NCBI RefSeq assembly: GCF_000143415.4
Contig: NW_003314263.1
Location: 1,304,165 to 1,368,164 of the forward strand
DNA length: 64,000 bases
Source of the DNA: Selaginella moellendorffii
Taxonomy: Eukaryota; Plantae; Lycopodiophyta
Reading direction: 5' to 3'
Below, one piece after another: positions 45,188 to 58,391 of the stretch. The position numbers and the translations under genes are program-made. A model generated the notes under the pieces. The model saw only the letters and a list, made by a program, of their open reading frames with translations, was not told where the DNA came from and did no database searches. The first letter of the stretch is position 1. Each line of letters begins with the position of its first letter.

Positions 45188-47719
45188 ATGCAGCCTTTTC
45201 TCTTCATCTTCATCGTCTTGCTCCTCTCGTTCTCTTTACTTCGTGCCACTCCACACGATGTCTATGCGATGCCCAACACGATCTGGAGGATCGGCTACCT
45301 CTCCAACATAGTTATCAAGGGTCCGATCGGCTTTCTCGCGAAGCCCATGACGCTCGGGTTTAGCACACCTTGCGTTCTCGTCTCCTGCAAGAACGATCCA
45401 CTCTATTACTTGTCCATCTCCATGCCGATCGACTCACCTGATAGCCAGTCCCAAGGCGCGACAGTGGTGTGGAGAGCTACTCCAAGGCCTGTTCGTCTCG
45501 GTGCCTATCTCAACTTCACGATCGATGGCGACTTGGTGCTGCGCGACTTTGATGGCAGCTTTGTGTGGTCGACGGGGACAGCAAACGCTGGAGCGCAGAT
45601 GATGACCCTCGAGAGCTCTGGAAATCTCGTCATCCAGACGGACAGTGGTTCTTTGCTGTGGCAGAGCTTTGATCATCCCACCGACGCGTTGCTCCCTGGC
45701 CAGATCCTAAAACCAGGGATGAAGTTAGTGGCAACAAAGACGAACGAGAACAAGGAACCAGGATACTTCTCTCTTGAGGTAAAACTCTCCTCGGTAGTTT
45801 TGTACTCCACGCTCCCGGCATATGGAGAGCTTTGGAGCTCTGACAGTAAAGATATATCTACTGTCGTCCTCTCCAACAGCAACCTGCAGATTCGCAAAGG
45901 TTACGATCCTGTCGACTATTACACTCCAACGTTTAGCACAGTGACGTTTAGCCCAGTGACTGACCTTTCCGGCTACCAGTTGCTCAAGCTGTATCCGGAT
46001 GGAGGGCTCCGATTTACCTCCCAGTCATACAGCAGTAACACCAGCAACACCACCAGTCTGAACGCCCTGTTCACGGCAAAAACCTTGCCTCCGTCGTGTG
46101 GACCTGCTTGGCTTCCCAGGGAAGATCAATGCGACTGTCTAGAGCTCGAGGAGGAGAACAGCTCCATGCGAGCCAGCATATCTGGGGACAAAAAAATATG
46201 CAAGTTTGATGAGCAGCCTCAAGAATGTGGCAAATATGATTTCTCACAACACGAGATGGTAGAAGCCAGAAACTACTACTACAACGATCACGCACCTTTT
46301 GGGTACTTATACACCATCCACAACGTTACTCCAGTAAAGTGCAGGGCCCTGTGCATCAACAACTGTACGTGTAAGGCGGTATTGATCGACGAGAAAACGA
46401 GTACCTGTTTCCAGATGAGCGAAGTCTTTGCTCTAAACAGAACGCACAACCCAGCCAGTCCAGCGTTGTCACTGTCTCTTAAGGTGCATCATGCTAAACT
46501 TCCGTTCTCGCGCAGCTTTCCTCAATACTTGTCTACGCATAAAAGGGCCAAGCCAGTGATTGTGGTGGTACTCTCTGCGACAACGATCGGGATAATTATC
46601 GTCGCAATCGTCATCTGGAAGAAACAGATAAACTCGTACCTCAAGCACTACGGGCAGTCGTTTCCATCTGGATCTGCTGAGGACGGCCTGCGTGATTTCA
46701 CGTACTCGGAGCTATACACAGCCACCAAAGGTTTTAGTAACAAAATTGGAAGCGGAGGATTCGGTGTAGTATACGAAGGAGTACTTCAGGATGGATTCAA
46801 GGTTGCTGTCAAGCGCATCGAGAATTCAAACCAGGGTCACAAGCAGTTCAAGGCGGAAGTCAGAGTTATTGGAAGCATAAATCACAAAAACCTGGTACAA
46901 CTCAAAGGCTTCTGCTCTCACTCGGCGTGCTACTTCCTGGTTTATGAGTACGTTGCAAACGGGTCGCTAGACAAATGGATCTACTCGCAGGAAAAGCTAG
47001 GCTGGGACACAAGGTTTGCAATCATTGTCGACATTGCTAAAGGGATCTCCTATCTCCACGACGAATGCACCACTAGAGTGCTTCACTTGGACATCAAGCC
47101 TCAAAACATACTGCTTGACGAGAACTTTGGCGTGAAGATAGCAGACTTCGGACTGTCCAGAATGGTAGAAAAAGGGGAAATGAGCAACGTCATGACAATG
47201 GTGAGAGGAACACCCGGATACATGGCTCCAGAATGGTTGCAGCTGAGAGTAAGCGACAAGCTCGACGTTTACAGCTTTGGGATCGTTGTTTTGGAGGTAG
47301 CTACAGGACTGCAAGCTCTTCATACCTGTGTGTCTTGCGGGACAAGCCCAAGGTTCCTGGCCACATGGATCGTTAACAACCTTCGAACGGGGAAAATGGT
47401 GCAGATGTTAGATAAAAAGCTGCAGCAAGAAATGGACGATACCTCAAGAAAGGTCCAAGTCGAGAAGCTGCTTCGCATCGGAGTGTGGTGCATTCAGCCG
47501 GATCCCAGGCAGCGGCCTGCAATGGTTGACGTCGTAAAGATGCTCGAAGGCTCGGCCGAAGTCTCGGATCCACCACTGCCTCCTCCCGAGGCCTGCAACA
47601 AAGTCGACACGAGCTTATCTCTCAACATCTTGATGGAAATGATAAACCAGCAAATGACACGGCCGAGAGTGGCGCGGGGATGCCTCCCTCTCCTCACGGA
47701 GAGAAGATCAGCAAAATGA
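45188..47719 (+). CDS. G-type lectin receptor-like kinase, non-RD, intronless (RLK-B2)
   Basis: Signal peptide MQPFLFIFIVLLLSFSLLRA, B-lectin, PAN, TM helix, kinase with HLDIKPQN; paralog of RLK-B1. Confidence 0.95.
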   Translation: MQPFLFIFIVLLLSFSLLRATPHDVYAMPNTIWRIGYLSNIVIKGPIGFLAKPMTLGFSTPCVLVSCKNDPLYYLSISMPIDSPDSQSQGATVVWRATPRPVRLGAYLNFTIDGDLVLRDFDGSFVWSTGTANAGAQMMTLESSGNLVIQTDSGSLLWQSFDHPTDALLPGQILKPGMKLVATKTNENKEPGYFSLEVKLSSVVLYSTLPAYGELWSSDSKDISTVVLSNSNLQIRKGYDPVDYYTPTFSTVTFSPVTDLSGYQLLKLYPDGGLRFTSQSYSSNTSNTTSLNALFTAKTLPPSCGPAWLPREDQCDCLELEEENSSMRASISGDKKICKFDEQPQECGKYDFSQHEMVEARNYYYNDHAPFGYLYTIHNVTPVKCRALCINNCTCKAVLIDEKTSTCFQMSEVFALNRTHNPASPALSLSLKVHHAKLPFSRSFPQYLSTHKRAKPVIVVVLSATTIGIIIVAIVIWKKQINSYLKHYGQSFPSGSAEDGLRDFTYSELYTATKGFSNKIGSGGFGVVYEGVLQDGFKVAVKRIENSNQGHKQFKAEVRVIGSINHKNLVQLKGFCSHSACYFLVYEYVANGSLDKWIYSQEKLGWDTRFAIIVDIAKGISYLHDECTTRVLHLDIKPQNILLDENFGVKIADFGLSRMVEKGEMSNVMTMVRGTPGYMAPEWLQLRVSDKLDVYSFGIVVLEVATGLQALHTCVSCGTSPRFLATWIVNNLRTGKMVQMLDKKLQQEMDDTSRKVQVEKLLRIGVWCIQPDPRQRPAMVDVVKMLEGSAEVSDPPLPPPEACNKVDTSLSLNILMEMINQQMTRPRVARGCLPLLTERRSAK

Positions 47720-47878
47720 TACAAGCTCATCTGGAATGTAAAGGAGAATGTCTCAAGGACATACCATCCTAAACTTAACAAAAAATTCGTCACATCGAGG
47801 TAGATTTATAGTAAAAAGACACACCTTCAAGACTTCTTTCATTTCTGAAGAGCCTGTACGAAACTAACCAGATGTGAT

Positions 47879-50445
47879 CTACGTCCTGGCCTTTTTCTTT
47901 GAAAGCGGAGGCCCCATGTCACCGGCCGGGCGTTTTATTCCCAGGAAATGTTCCACCTGCGAGACGCGAACGTGAGTCACTTAAAAATCACAAAAGGTTT
48001 CTATCTCACCTTTTTGTCACCAAGCATTGGTGTAAGGCTGCCAATCGGTTCCTTCTCTACGGTTGCAAAACCACTCCTTGGATCACTCGTTTGCCTGTAA
48101 TTAGCAAATTGAAACACTGGATCCCCGGGAAGAACAAACAAAGAAAATACATACCCCGGCTTTATGTGCCCGCTCATAACAATGTAGGGGGTGCTCGTCT
48201 TCATTTGTACTTCACGCATTTTCTCCATAGACCTCAGAGGCGTGTCACCGGCTGCCATCTGCTTCTGCTTTAGCTCCTCCTCGTGCTGCTTCATCTTCTT
48301 TTCTTGCTTTCTCTTTCCAGGATTTTTTCCATGAAATTTGTGCGAGACTAGGCGAAAGGCTTCTTTGGGAGTCAACTGCACAGGGCAAGACACAGAGATG
48401 AGGGTCGGAAATTACGTAACAGTCACATACGTACCGTTCGGCCATACTCGTCTCGCCGATCTAACTGGATATCCCTTTCATAGGTTTTGTCATCGTCCAA
48501 AACACCGACAAGTTTGCTCGCCTTCTTGTCCATGTTTCTGCCACCCCATTCCACTGATTCCTTCAGGCTCCCCCTTTCTTTGAGGAGACTCAAGGCACCC
48601 GCTAATCCTTTCCCGACGGATACTTCTTTGATTGGCAATTCGTCGAAGACATCATCGTCTTCATTTTCGACGACGTCGTTCACCTTTGTGTCAGTTCGCC
48701 CATCTTCTTGATGGATTTCCATCGCAGATTGTCCATCCACCTCATCATCTCCGAAGGCATCATTCGTTGCAGCTCTTCGACTGATAACTGGAAACCATAC
48801 AATAGTTAGCAGCAAGGAAGAGGATGATGAACAGGATGATTACCTTCATCAGGTTGTAGGCTCAAGCAGAACTCCTCCGTCTCCGTGATAACGACGGTTT
48901 TCTCGGCCACTGAAGTCTTACTATCCACATCCATTGATTGTTCTTCGTCGGCAGCCTCCAGTTTCAAACGAGCAGCTATTCCTTGAGGCCCGAGCGTAGA
49001 CTGTATGCGCTGCCTAATGGCCAATTCACGCGACTTCTGCAAACGACTGTACAACTCGTCTTCTTCCTCCGCCTCAGCTTCTTGTTTGGGCTTCGAATTA
49101 TTTGCTCTTGAACCGAGATCATCAGCACCTAAACCGGCAGCTTTTGCTTCGGCTTCAAGCGCATCGACGTCCAGCATGTCTTTTTTCCTCAATTTCTTTT
49201 GTTTTCTCGGCTTCTTAAACTTCATCATCTCTTCCTTGGTATAGAAATCAGATGCCTGGTTTTCTGGTCCCAGCAACGATTGCATTTTCAGCGCTGCGCC
49301 TTGCAACTTTAGTCGGACCTGACATCGAAAACATCAGTGAACTTCAGTGGTGTAAGAAAACAGGAGAGGGTTACCTCCTCCAAACGCTTCTGGCTCTCCT
49401 CATTGACTCCACCCAAATCGTCAAGTTGGATTCCCTACACAGATCCAAGTTCATATATGGCAGATAAAGCAAAAGGATTAAGTACCTCGTCCTTTGGAGC
49501 ATCGTCATATTGAGGTAACAGCGATTTCACAGTATTGATGTCGTTTTGAAACCTGCAAAAGAAATGTTATTCCATGCCCATGTTGCTTAACTTCTTACTT
49601 GTCTTCGTAAGTCCCCTTTTTTTTCTTGGCATCACGATATGCATTGCTCCGCACAGTCTGCTCAGTGAGATTCACATTCTCCAATTCATCAGCATCTGAA
49701 ATTGCCATGTAAACATCATGGACTCTACGAGAACAACGTACCTTCGTTTATATCTCCTTCAGCGAGGATGTTGCTGTCTTTCAGAGTAAGAACTACCTCA
49801 CCACCTTCTATTATCTTCTCCAGTCCATGTCGAATCTTCATTCCTGCTAGATCCTCTGAAGAACAGGAGGAAGAAAACAAGCACGTTAAACAAATGCGAG
49901 GAAAAGGAAGCACTTACTTGATTTATACGCACTCTCCTCGTCATCTTCTTCATCCACGACCTCTTCATCCTGCAATAAAAGAAAACCAATAAAACTAGTG
50001 CTCGAAATTTCGTCTCTACCTGTTGAGCGATCGATCGAATTGCCGGCACTGCCTTCTTGGCCCTGACCTTCTCAATCTTTTCGATCTTTCTCGACTTCCT
50101 CACCCATTCCTCAATCTCCTTCGTCGCCGCTACCTCTTTCTCCTGCTCATCGCCGTCGAAATCCTCCCCCTTCTCCCTCTCTTTCTCCTTATCCCTTCTG
50201 GATTTGTGCTCCCCCGCCTCGGCGGCATCCCTGTCCCTGCGCCGATCATCCCTATCCCTCTCCCGATCCCTCTCCTTCTCCTTATCCTTCGAATTCTCCT
50301 TATTCCGATCGTGATCTCGCTCTTTCTTCTCCCTTCTACCGCTCTCCTCGCGATGATCGGCGGCGTCGCCATCCCTAGACCTATCGCGCTCTCGCCGCGA
50401 CCTACTGCTGCTCTTCTCCTTCTCGCTTCGCTTGCTGCGCTCCAT
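47879..50445 (-). CDS. SART1: U4/U6.U5 tri-snRNP-associated protein 1 (SART-1/Snu66; plant DOT2/MDF)
   Basis: RD/RE-rich N-terminus, LAGMKIRHGL..VLTLKD..IL, DFYTKEEM.KFKKP, GLAGAL.LLKERG, DEYGR.LTPKEAFR.VSHKFHGKNPGK.KQEK. Confidence 0.92.
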
Positions 50446-50486
50446 TGGAGTTTTGCCCTAGCACGGAATATCCGAATAAACACCTA

Positions 50487-50495
50487 AAACCCTAA
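50487..50495 (+). promoter_or_regulatory. Telo-box (AAACCCTAA) in the 81-bp SART1/ORN divergent intergenic gap
   Basis: Direct motif. Similar motifs occur at ~51676-51725, ~62800-62847 and ~63253-63261. Confidence 0.6.
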
Positions 50496-50526
50496 ATAGG
50501 GCTACATTGTCAATGCGTGGGAACCC

Positions 50527-51646
50527 ATGACGGAGAATCTCTTCTCCGCGCTCACTCTCATTGACGATGAGGACGATCTCGGTCAGCTCGGCGGTGGCGG
50601 CGGCGGCAGTAGCAGCTCTCGAATTCCTCTCCCGCTCGGCGATGCGGGGAGAAAGAATGGCTCCTCGCTCGCTACAATCGCCGGGGAGTTCGTGAGCCGG
50701 CCTCTTGTGTGGATTGATCTCGAAATGACTGGTAAGAGGCTAGAAGCGATCGATTTGGCAGTCTCTCTTTGTAGGATTGGATGTTTGCAAGGATAGGATT
50801 TTGGAGATTGCGTGTATCATCACTGATGGCAAGCTAACAAAGAGCATTGAGGTAACTTCTTTTGCGAATTCGTCGTCGTGATCAGTGCTTGAAAAAAATA
50901 AAAACGGTTCTTCCAGGGACCGAATTTGGTGATCCATCAATCCGACGAGATTTTGAAAGGCATGGGAGAGTGGTGTCAAACACACCATGCAGCTAGTGGT
51001 AGTGTTCTTCGGCTTCTATGAAATCTCTTATCTTTCTCTCTATGAAATCTCTTAGTTTTTTCTCTCTTCCAGGACTTACTGAAAGGGTGCAAAATAGCAA
51101 AGTAACCGAGGCACACGCTGAAATGCTGGTAAAAACCAACCAAAGTTTTTTCTGCGATTCCCTGAAGATCATTGTCTGTCATCCAGGTTCTCAAGTTCGT
51201 CCAGAAGTACACGATCGCTGGCTACGCACAGCTCGCCGGGAATTCGGTCTACAACGATCTAAACTTCCTCCGAGTGAGTGAATCAATCCCAAAACTTCCA
51301 GATGATCTTAACAAGGCTTCCATTTTTCTTCTTCGTCTAGAAGTACATGCCGACGCTAGCAGCGCATCTCTCCCACGTAATCGTCGACGTGAGCTCGATC
51401 AAATCGCTGTGCAAACGCTGGTACCCTCGAGGTTCGTGCGTGATAAGAAAAAAAAAAAAACCTTTTTACTTTTTTTCTACCAGAAATCTCTGTTGTTTTT
51501 CCTTTTGTTTTTTTTTTTGCCAAACTCTTCTAGACGCCGAAAGGGCTCCAAAGAAAGCAAAGAGCCACCGAGCGCTGGATGATATCAGGGAGAGCATCAA
51601 AGAGCTCGAGTATTTCAAAAGGACGATTTTTAAAGACAAGCGCTAA
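50527..51646 (+). CDS. ORN: Oligoribonuclease (Orn/REXO2, DEDDh exonuclease), multi-exon
   Basis: [68 protein letters not shown]. Confidence 0.93.
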
Positions 51647-51743
51647 CCAGTATGTAATTTTAAAAATCCTGGTTATTAGGGTTAATAATTGTAAAGGGTT
51701 AATTGTAAAACCCTAGCTAGGGTTTGGGCGTGTTCTTCCCGCA

Positions 51744-54697
51744 ATGGCAGCGTCCGACGACGATGCGCTCCAGGTTCTCTCGGGCGATGATCAAGACGAT
51801 GGAGCGTATTCCAGTGATTTTGAGGAGGAAGAGGCAGATTCTGGTGAGGAAGAGGCAGATTTGGATGAAGAAGAGGGAGATTTTGACGATGAAGATGAAG
51901 AGGATGAAGATTCCGATGAGGAGGACGGGGCTGCGGATGGGAATGTGGAGGCCAACGACTCGGCGAATCACGAGGAAATTCGCGAGGCGCTACTGGATTA
52001 CATTGGAAACGGCAATGCTGGAGCTGACGGTGATGAAGAATCTGATGATCGCGAAGCCGCCGACGAGAGCGATTCTTCCGAAGACGAGGTCAGTCTCTTA
52101 AAAAAAATTGGATCCTTTCATTTTTAGTTTACCACAGGCTCCTCCACGGAACACTGTCGGAGAAATTCCCTTAGAGTTTTACAAAGACGAGGAACACATT
52201 GGCTACGATAGAGCTGGCCGCAAGCTGAAGAAGCAAGCACGGAAGGATCAACTGGATTCTTTTCTCGATCGTAGTGATGATCCAAAGGACTGGTAAGGTA
52301 AACGTTTAGCTCGGGTGAGGTCTTAGTTCATGGTTTTTCTTTCACAGGCATAAAGTCTATGACGAGTATAACGATGAATATGTCGAACTTACGAAAGAAG
52401 AGATGGGTATGATCTCGAGAATTCGCCAGGGGAAGCTACCACACGCGGAAGTTGATGCATATCAGGTACAAATGGATTACTCGCTCACGTCTTCACGATT
52501 TTGTCTCTCAGCCTTATGTGGATTGGTTCGACTGGGACGGAAAAGGCCATCCATTGTCAAATGCTCCTGAGCCTAAACGTCGCTTTATTCCCTCCAAATG
52601 GGAAGCTAAAAAGGTATGCCCAGCTTGGTTCTTTATGGTCACTCGTTTCCGTTGCAGGTTGTCAAACTCGTTCGTGCTTTGAGAAAAGGATGGATTAAAT
52701 TGGACAAACCGAAAGAGAAACCTCGATTTTATTTAATGTGGGGAGATGACCTGAAAGTTAACGAGAAAACAGCCAACGGTCTTGCCTACATCCCAGCACC
52801 AAAGGCCAAGCTTCCAGGTGCTCGTCACATGATGTTGTAGCGGTTGTTGATGCTTTGTATTTTCAGGTCACGAAGAGTCATACAATCCCCCAGTCGAGTA
52901 TATCCCATCTGAAGAGGAAATTAATTCTTATCAGCTTATGTATGAAGAGGATCGACCAAAATTTATTCCAAAGAAGTAAGCACTCTTTTTTATTGCTAAT
53001 GTTGTCAATCGTGGATTTTTTATTACAGGTTCGATAGTCTTCGTCATGTTCCTGCTTATGCTGAGTTTATCAAGGAAATATTTGAGCGTTGCTTGGATTT
53101 ATATCTGTGCCCCCGAACACGCAAAAAACGGGTAAAGTGCATATTTTCATTCGTCAGCCTGTAATACTTTCCTTGCAGTTGAATATCGATCCGGATTCCC
53201 TTCTTCCAAAACTTCCCAAACCAAAAGATTTGCAGCCTTATCCAACAACGTGCTTTCTAGAATACAAAGGGCATACGGGTGCCGTTTCGTCCATCAGTGC
53301 GGATCCTACTGGAGAGTGGCTATTATCAGGTTTGTGTTTTTTGATGATGGAAGTGTTTCGATCAGAGCTCTATGTCAGGATCGCGGGATGGAACTGTTAG
53401 AGTCTGGGAGGTGCAAACCGGAAGGTGTAAAAAGGTTTGGGACATGGGTGGCAGCGTGTTTTGTGTTGCCTGGAACCCGAATCCAGCGTTACCTGTTGTC
53501 GCGATCGCAGTGTAAGTTCAATAGTTCATCTTACATTCGTATTCGTTTTGTCCTGATTATCTTTCTTTTAGGAGCAACGACGTGGTGTTACTTGATCCAG
53601 AAGTTGGAGATGAAGAAGTCCAATTGAATATTGCCAAGCTGTTAGCTGTCCAGCCGAGTACTTCGGAACCTACGGGTGAGCCCTTCTTTTTAACTGTTTT
53701 ATTCTCTTCTCATTATTCTTCTGAGTAGAAAATACTCCATTGATCGGCTGGAAAAGGCACGACAAGCTTCGCGGCATCCAACTGTCTCATCAGCAGGTTC
53801 TGATATTTTGATTGATGTTTATGAATTAACTATTTTATTTCTTTAACAGAACGTTGTGCGGGTTTCATGGCACAATAAAGGCGATTATTTTGTCTCAGTT
53901 TCTCCAGATGATATCCTTTTTACTTTTATTTATTTATTTTCTTTCTTTTCTGTTGAACTTAACGCTAGCAAACGCAACAACAGAGCTGTTTTGGTACATC
54001 AACTATCAAAGCAGCAAAGTCAAAACCCTTTCCGCAAGCATCATGGCCGTGTTGCTGATGTGCTTTTCCATCCAGCAAGGCCGTTTATGTTTGTGGCAAC
54101 GAAAATGCATGTCCGTGTATACAACCTTGCGAAGCAGGAGCTGTCGAAGAAGCTGATCACTGGTCTTCAGGAAATTTCGTCGATGGCTTTACACTCGGGA
54201 GGTAGGCTTTGAAAGAGTAATCTTGCAGGCTTTGAAGTCTGTCACTGGCAGGGGACAATTTAATTCTCGGAAGCAAGGGTGCAAAGCTGTGCTGGTTCGA
54301 CATGGACCTCTCAGTGAAACCTTACAAAACCATCAAGTAAGGTAGTTGGGTTATCTCTTACAGATTTCTGACAAAATTCCACATTAGGAATCATAAGGAA
54401 GACATCAATGCGGTAGCTTTTCACAAGTCATACCCGCTGTTTGCATCATGCTCAGACGATTTGTCAACGCATGTCTTCCACGGCATGGTATACTCCGATC
54501 TCATGCAGAACCCCTTGATCGTTCCATTGAAGATCCTCCACGGCCACCAGAAAGGTGAGAGATCCCCCTCAGGAAGCAGCATGCTCCAGTCTTACCCCGC
54601 CACATCTCCAGGTGTATCGGACATCAAGTTCCATCCAACGCAGCCGTGGCTTTTCACGGCCGGAGCAGACTCAGTTATAAAACTCTTCTGCAACTGA
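51744..54697 (+). CDS. BOP1: Ribosome biogenesis protein BOP1/Erb1 (acidic N-terminus, BOP1NT domain, WD40)
   Basis: [90 protein letters not shown]. Confidence 0.95.
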
Positions 54698-55202
54698 AGT
54701 GGTAGGGAAGGCAGATCGATCAACCCATGAAAACCGAAAGCAACCGCCAGAGAACGAGATCGGTACGTCAATCGGAGCAGGATCTCTGGCACTGGGGGGA
54801 ACGCTTTTCCAACTTTGTTTTTCTTGCTTCGTCCACGGGTTTGCTAATCCCGAGAACGTGACCTTGCAGGATGGAGCAGAAAAAATCGGTCAGTGTTCGT
54901 AAGTCTCGAATGGGAGCGGCAACAGCAGCAGCAGCAGCAGACGGAGGTGGTGGTGTTTTGTTTCGCGCCGATGAAACGATTAAACTGGACAAGCGGGAAA
55001 AGGATTGAGAGTGAGTGAGTTTTCTACTCGTTTTCCGCTCCTTTCTTTTTATTTGCTGATGCAAGTTGGGGCTGACTTTTTTGGTGCTTGCCGCTGTTAT
55101 GTTTGGAAGTCATACGCTGACAACGGCGCAGAATCTGGGGACCACGCGGGCAGCGTTTTGACTTTGCGGGGGGGCATTATTGCACGTGGCCGTTTTCGTT
55201 TT

Positions 55203-55204
<2 letters not shown>

Positions 55205-55236
<32 letters not shown>

Positions 55237-56129
55237 GCTACTACACTACTACAAAAACTACGAGCAACGCAACAAGACTTCGCTACAGCTCACAAGGCCT
55301 GTTTGTGTTTCGCTTTGCTTTCGACTCTTTCGTTTTCACGACCCAGTTCTCTCTCTCTCTCTCTCTCTCTTGTGTTTTTTTTAAAGAGTTTTATTGGGGA
55401 CATGCTCTACAGGCGGCACCCCGCTTGCAAACAGACGAGCAGTTTTCTTTGCGTACGTGGTGCCCGTGTTTTTCACTACTCTTTTCTTTTCTTTTCTTTT
55501 TTCTTTCTTTCGAGGCCAATGTTGGCTTGATTGCTTACTAGTGAGTGTGAAGGTGAGAGCTTTGGTTTCTCTCTCTCTCTCTCTCTCGCACTTTCGCTTT
55601 CGATTCCTTTGTGTTTTTACTTCCTTGATGACCAGAATTGAGGGAGGACCAAGTCGAGCGAGACTGCGAGGTATGGAAACTTCCAAGCGCTTCTTACGGT
55701 GCTAGTTTTTTTTTGCTTTCCTTGTCTTCCAGATCTTCCCAGTGAAAGAGAGAGCTAAGCAAAGAACACGTTAATAAAGACTAAACAACAGTGCTTGGGT
55801 TCCACTGTGAGTGTCACTCAACTCATCATTGCAATGGAGCTGGACCAGCAAGCACCAAAAACAAAGAGTCTCCGTACCGATGATGCCAAGTTGCGGCCGT
55901 ACGCAGCCAGATCAAACAAATCAAACCAAATTCCTGGCGATGAACTTGGAAGAACTATTTGGTTTAATGTTCATTCTTTAACTTCAGAATCTCCAGTTCT
56001 GGAAAAGCTATGGCTTGAATCATTCTGTAAAGGATTGCTGTGTGTGTGTGTGTGTGTGAAAGCAACAATGGGGGGAAGAATGGAATGGTAGAAGACAACA
56101 TCATTCTCTCTCTCTCTCTCTCTCTCTCT
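55205..56129. repeat. Cluster of microsatellites: (CTG)n, (CT)n, (GT)n
   Basis: (ctg)n at ~55207-55235; (ct)n at ~55348-55370, ~55568-55587 and ~56105-56129; (gt)n at ~56039-56058. Confidence 0.9.
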
Positions 56130-56284
56130 ATGTTTTTTCCTTCCTTTGTTCCGGGCAAGTTCGCTCTTTTTACAAAATAGAACACTCGATTCTCTGGAAG
56201 AGCTGTTCATCTAAATCGTGTGCGATCGATTCATTCGATTCGGCGGCGGCGGCGGCTGTGAGCTGCGCGACGCGCGACGATATC

Positions 56285-58391
56285 TCATTGATGATGGTGA
56301 TGCTGCTGCTGCTGTTGCTGTCCTCGATGGTTTTGATTCGATCCAGACGACCAGCTAAACAAGTTGAAAGGATCCACGCTGCTCTTTGGACCACCAGGAG
56401 AAGGATCACTGTTCCCAGGACCGCCGCCGCCGCCATCGCCACCTCCGCCACCGCCACCACCACCACCACCTTCGTCATCCGATTTGTACTCGAGGAATCC
56501 CTTCTCCAGAATGGACGACAGCTCCGGCAGCTCCTCCAGCTCGGAGAAGAAATCCTCGTCCTGGGAGCTCGACCGGGACGTGTTTGTGTCGAATCCGATG
56601 TCCGCCAGGAGGTGCTGGTGGTGGAGGAGCGCTCGGCTGGGAACTTGGCGCTGCTGCTGGTGGTGCGGCTGCTGCTGCGGGTGGTGGTGATCAACCTGCA
56701 TTGGATCCGGCAAGTTGACGATGGAAACGAACGGGTTCTCCAGATGCCCGGTCGCGGCATTTGCTGCAGGGTCCGTTTGATGGGCTTGTTGCATCTCCTG
56801 CATGGACGACGAACCGGGTCGACTCTCCTGCTGTGGCTGATTGTTTGAATCTTGCTGCCGAGTTGGCGAGGAAGCTGTGGTTGATCCTGACGCCGCGGCT
56901 GCCGTTGCTGCGGCGGCGGCGGCGGCGGCTGCTGCTGCTGCTGCTGCTGCTGCCATGGGACGGATCCTCGTTGTTCCAGCCAGGGAGTTTCGATGGGCCG
57001 GCCAGGGATGGTTGTGCTCGGAGGTGTAGGTGATGATCAGCATTGTCGGGTCGTTGCGGCTCCGCTCGACTTGCTTTCTCGCGGAGCAGCCTTTGGAGCT
57101 ACTGCATCTGTAGTATCCCCTGGAAGCAAAAGCACGAGAAACCAGCGTGAGCATTGCGAAATCCGAGCGAGACCCACGAGACCCAATGCGCGCGGGGATG
57201 GGGGGCAGGGAAATTCTGACAGACCCACGATGCCATGCAGTTGATAGATAGATATGGATATGAAGATCTTTGAGGAGCTCGCAGGAAAAAAAGTGGGAGA
57301 GAAGAGGAGAGGATGATCACATACCTGGGATACGGAGATCCTTTGATGGGTTTCTGCCCGTACTTTCTCCACGCCCACATATCTGAGGGAAGAACTTCTC
57401 CGGTCGGCTTGCCGCCGCCAGCCACGGGAACGCACACGATCCGCTTTTGCTGCATTTTCCGGCTGCCACAGACAAGAACCAGCCATCAGAGATCAATCAC
57501 CCAAGAAGAACTGACAAAACTCTCGGATCTCACAAGCATACGATCATCGAAGTTAAGAACAAGGCAACAAGAAAGGAAAAGATCTCAAACTCACCGACAA
57601 GGAAATCTATGCAAAGTTGTCGCTTACCTGCGCTTGGATCCCTGATGCTTGGAAGAATTGCTAGTGCTGTTGTTGCTAGCTGCGTTGCTGTTACTGTTGT
57701 CGGCAGTGGCGAGCGATGAATCCTTGCCCGCCGAGGGAGCCATGGTCGGGCTGGCCGGCGACGCGCAGTCGAAGCTCGACGCCGGCACATTCACGTCCGT
57801 CAAATCCAAGCTCCCAAACTCGTTCTTCACCGCCCCCGCTGGCGACGAGCACGCAGACGACCGCTGGAAGTCGGCCTTGAGATCGTCCAGGAAGGTGAGC
57901 GAGCGGCTGTTCGAGAAGATGGTATCGAAATCTGGCACCTCCAAAGGCTCGCGCTTGACGAGGCCGCCGCTGGTGGAAGCGCTACCGCCACCACCACCGC
58001 CACCACCGCCATGGAACAAGCTCGAGGGAGCCGGGTGGTGGTGGTGGTGGTGGAAATCGCTCAAATCGGCTGCCGGGACCAAATTCCCGCTGATGAGCTC
58101 CAGGAATCCTCCAGCTCCCATCCTAGCCTCTGGAAAACTTGCTGTCGATCCTACTGCTGCCACTGGTGGTGGTGGAGGAGACGATGACGAACTATTCAAT
58201 CTCTCCGCGCCAATGGCTGGCAAATTCTGCTGCGACGACGAGGAGCAAGATCTGGAAGGCGAGTCGGCGATGGTGGCGTTGCTGCAAATCCCGGCGCTGC
58301 GAACAATGGCTCCTAAATCCCCATCGTGCTGCTGCTGCATTCTACTCCGCGTCTCCACAACTTGCAAAACCCCGGAAACAGTTTGACACAT
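56285..58391 (-). CDS. WRKY: WRKY transcription factor, group II (IIe-like), three exons
   Basis: [22 protein letters not shown]|[27 protein letters not shown] (C-X5-C-X23-HxH, R-type intron). N-terminal DL.AIVR motif; poly-A/G/Q/H tracts. Confidence 0.95.

Noticed and set aside
54870-55008. Small Ala/Gly-rich ORF downstream of BOP1
   Set aside because: About 45 codons of low complexity with no recognisable homology or supporting gene structure.
56258-58386. Long plus-strand ORFs antisense to WRKY (and similar ones antisense to the RLKs, SART1 and IMPDH)
   Set aside because: Shadow ORFs of GC-rich coding sequence and trinucleotide repeats.
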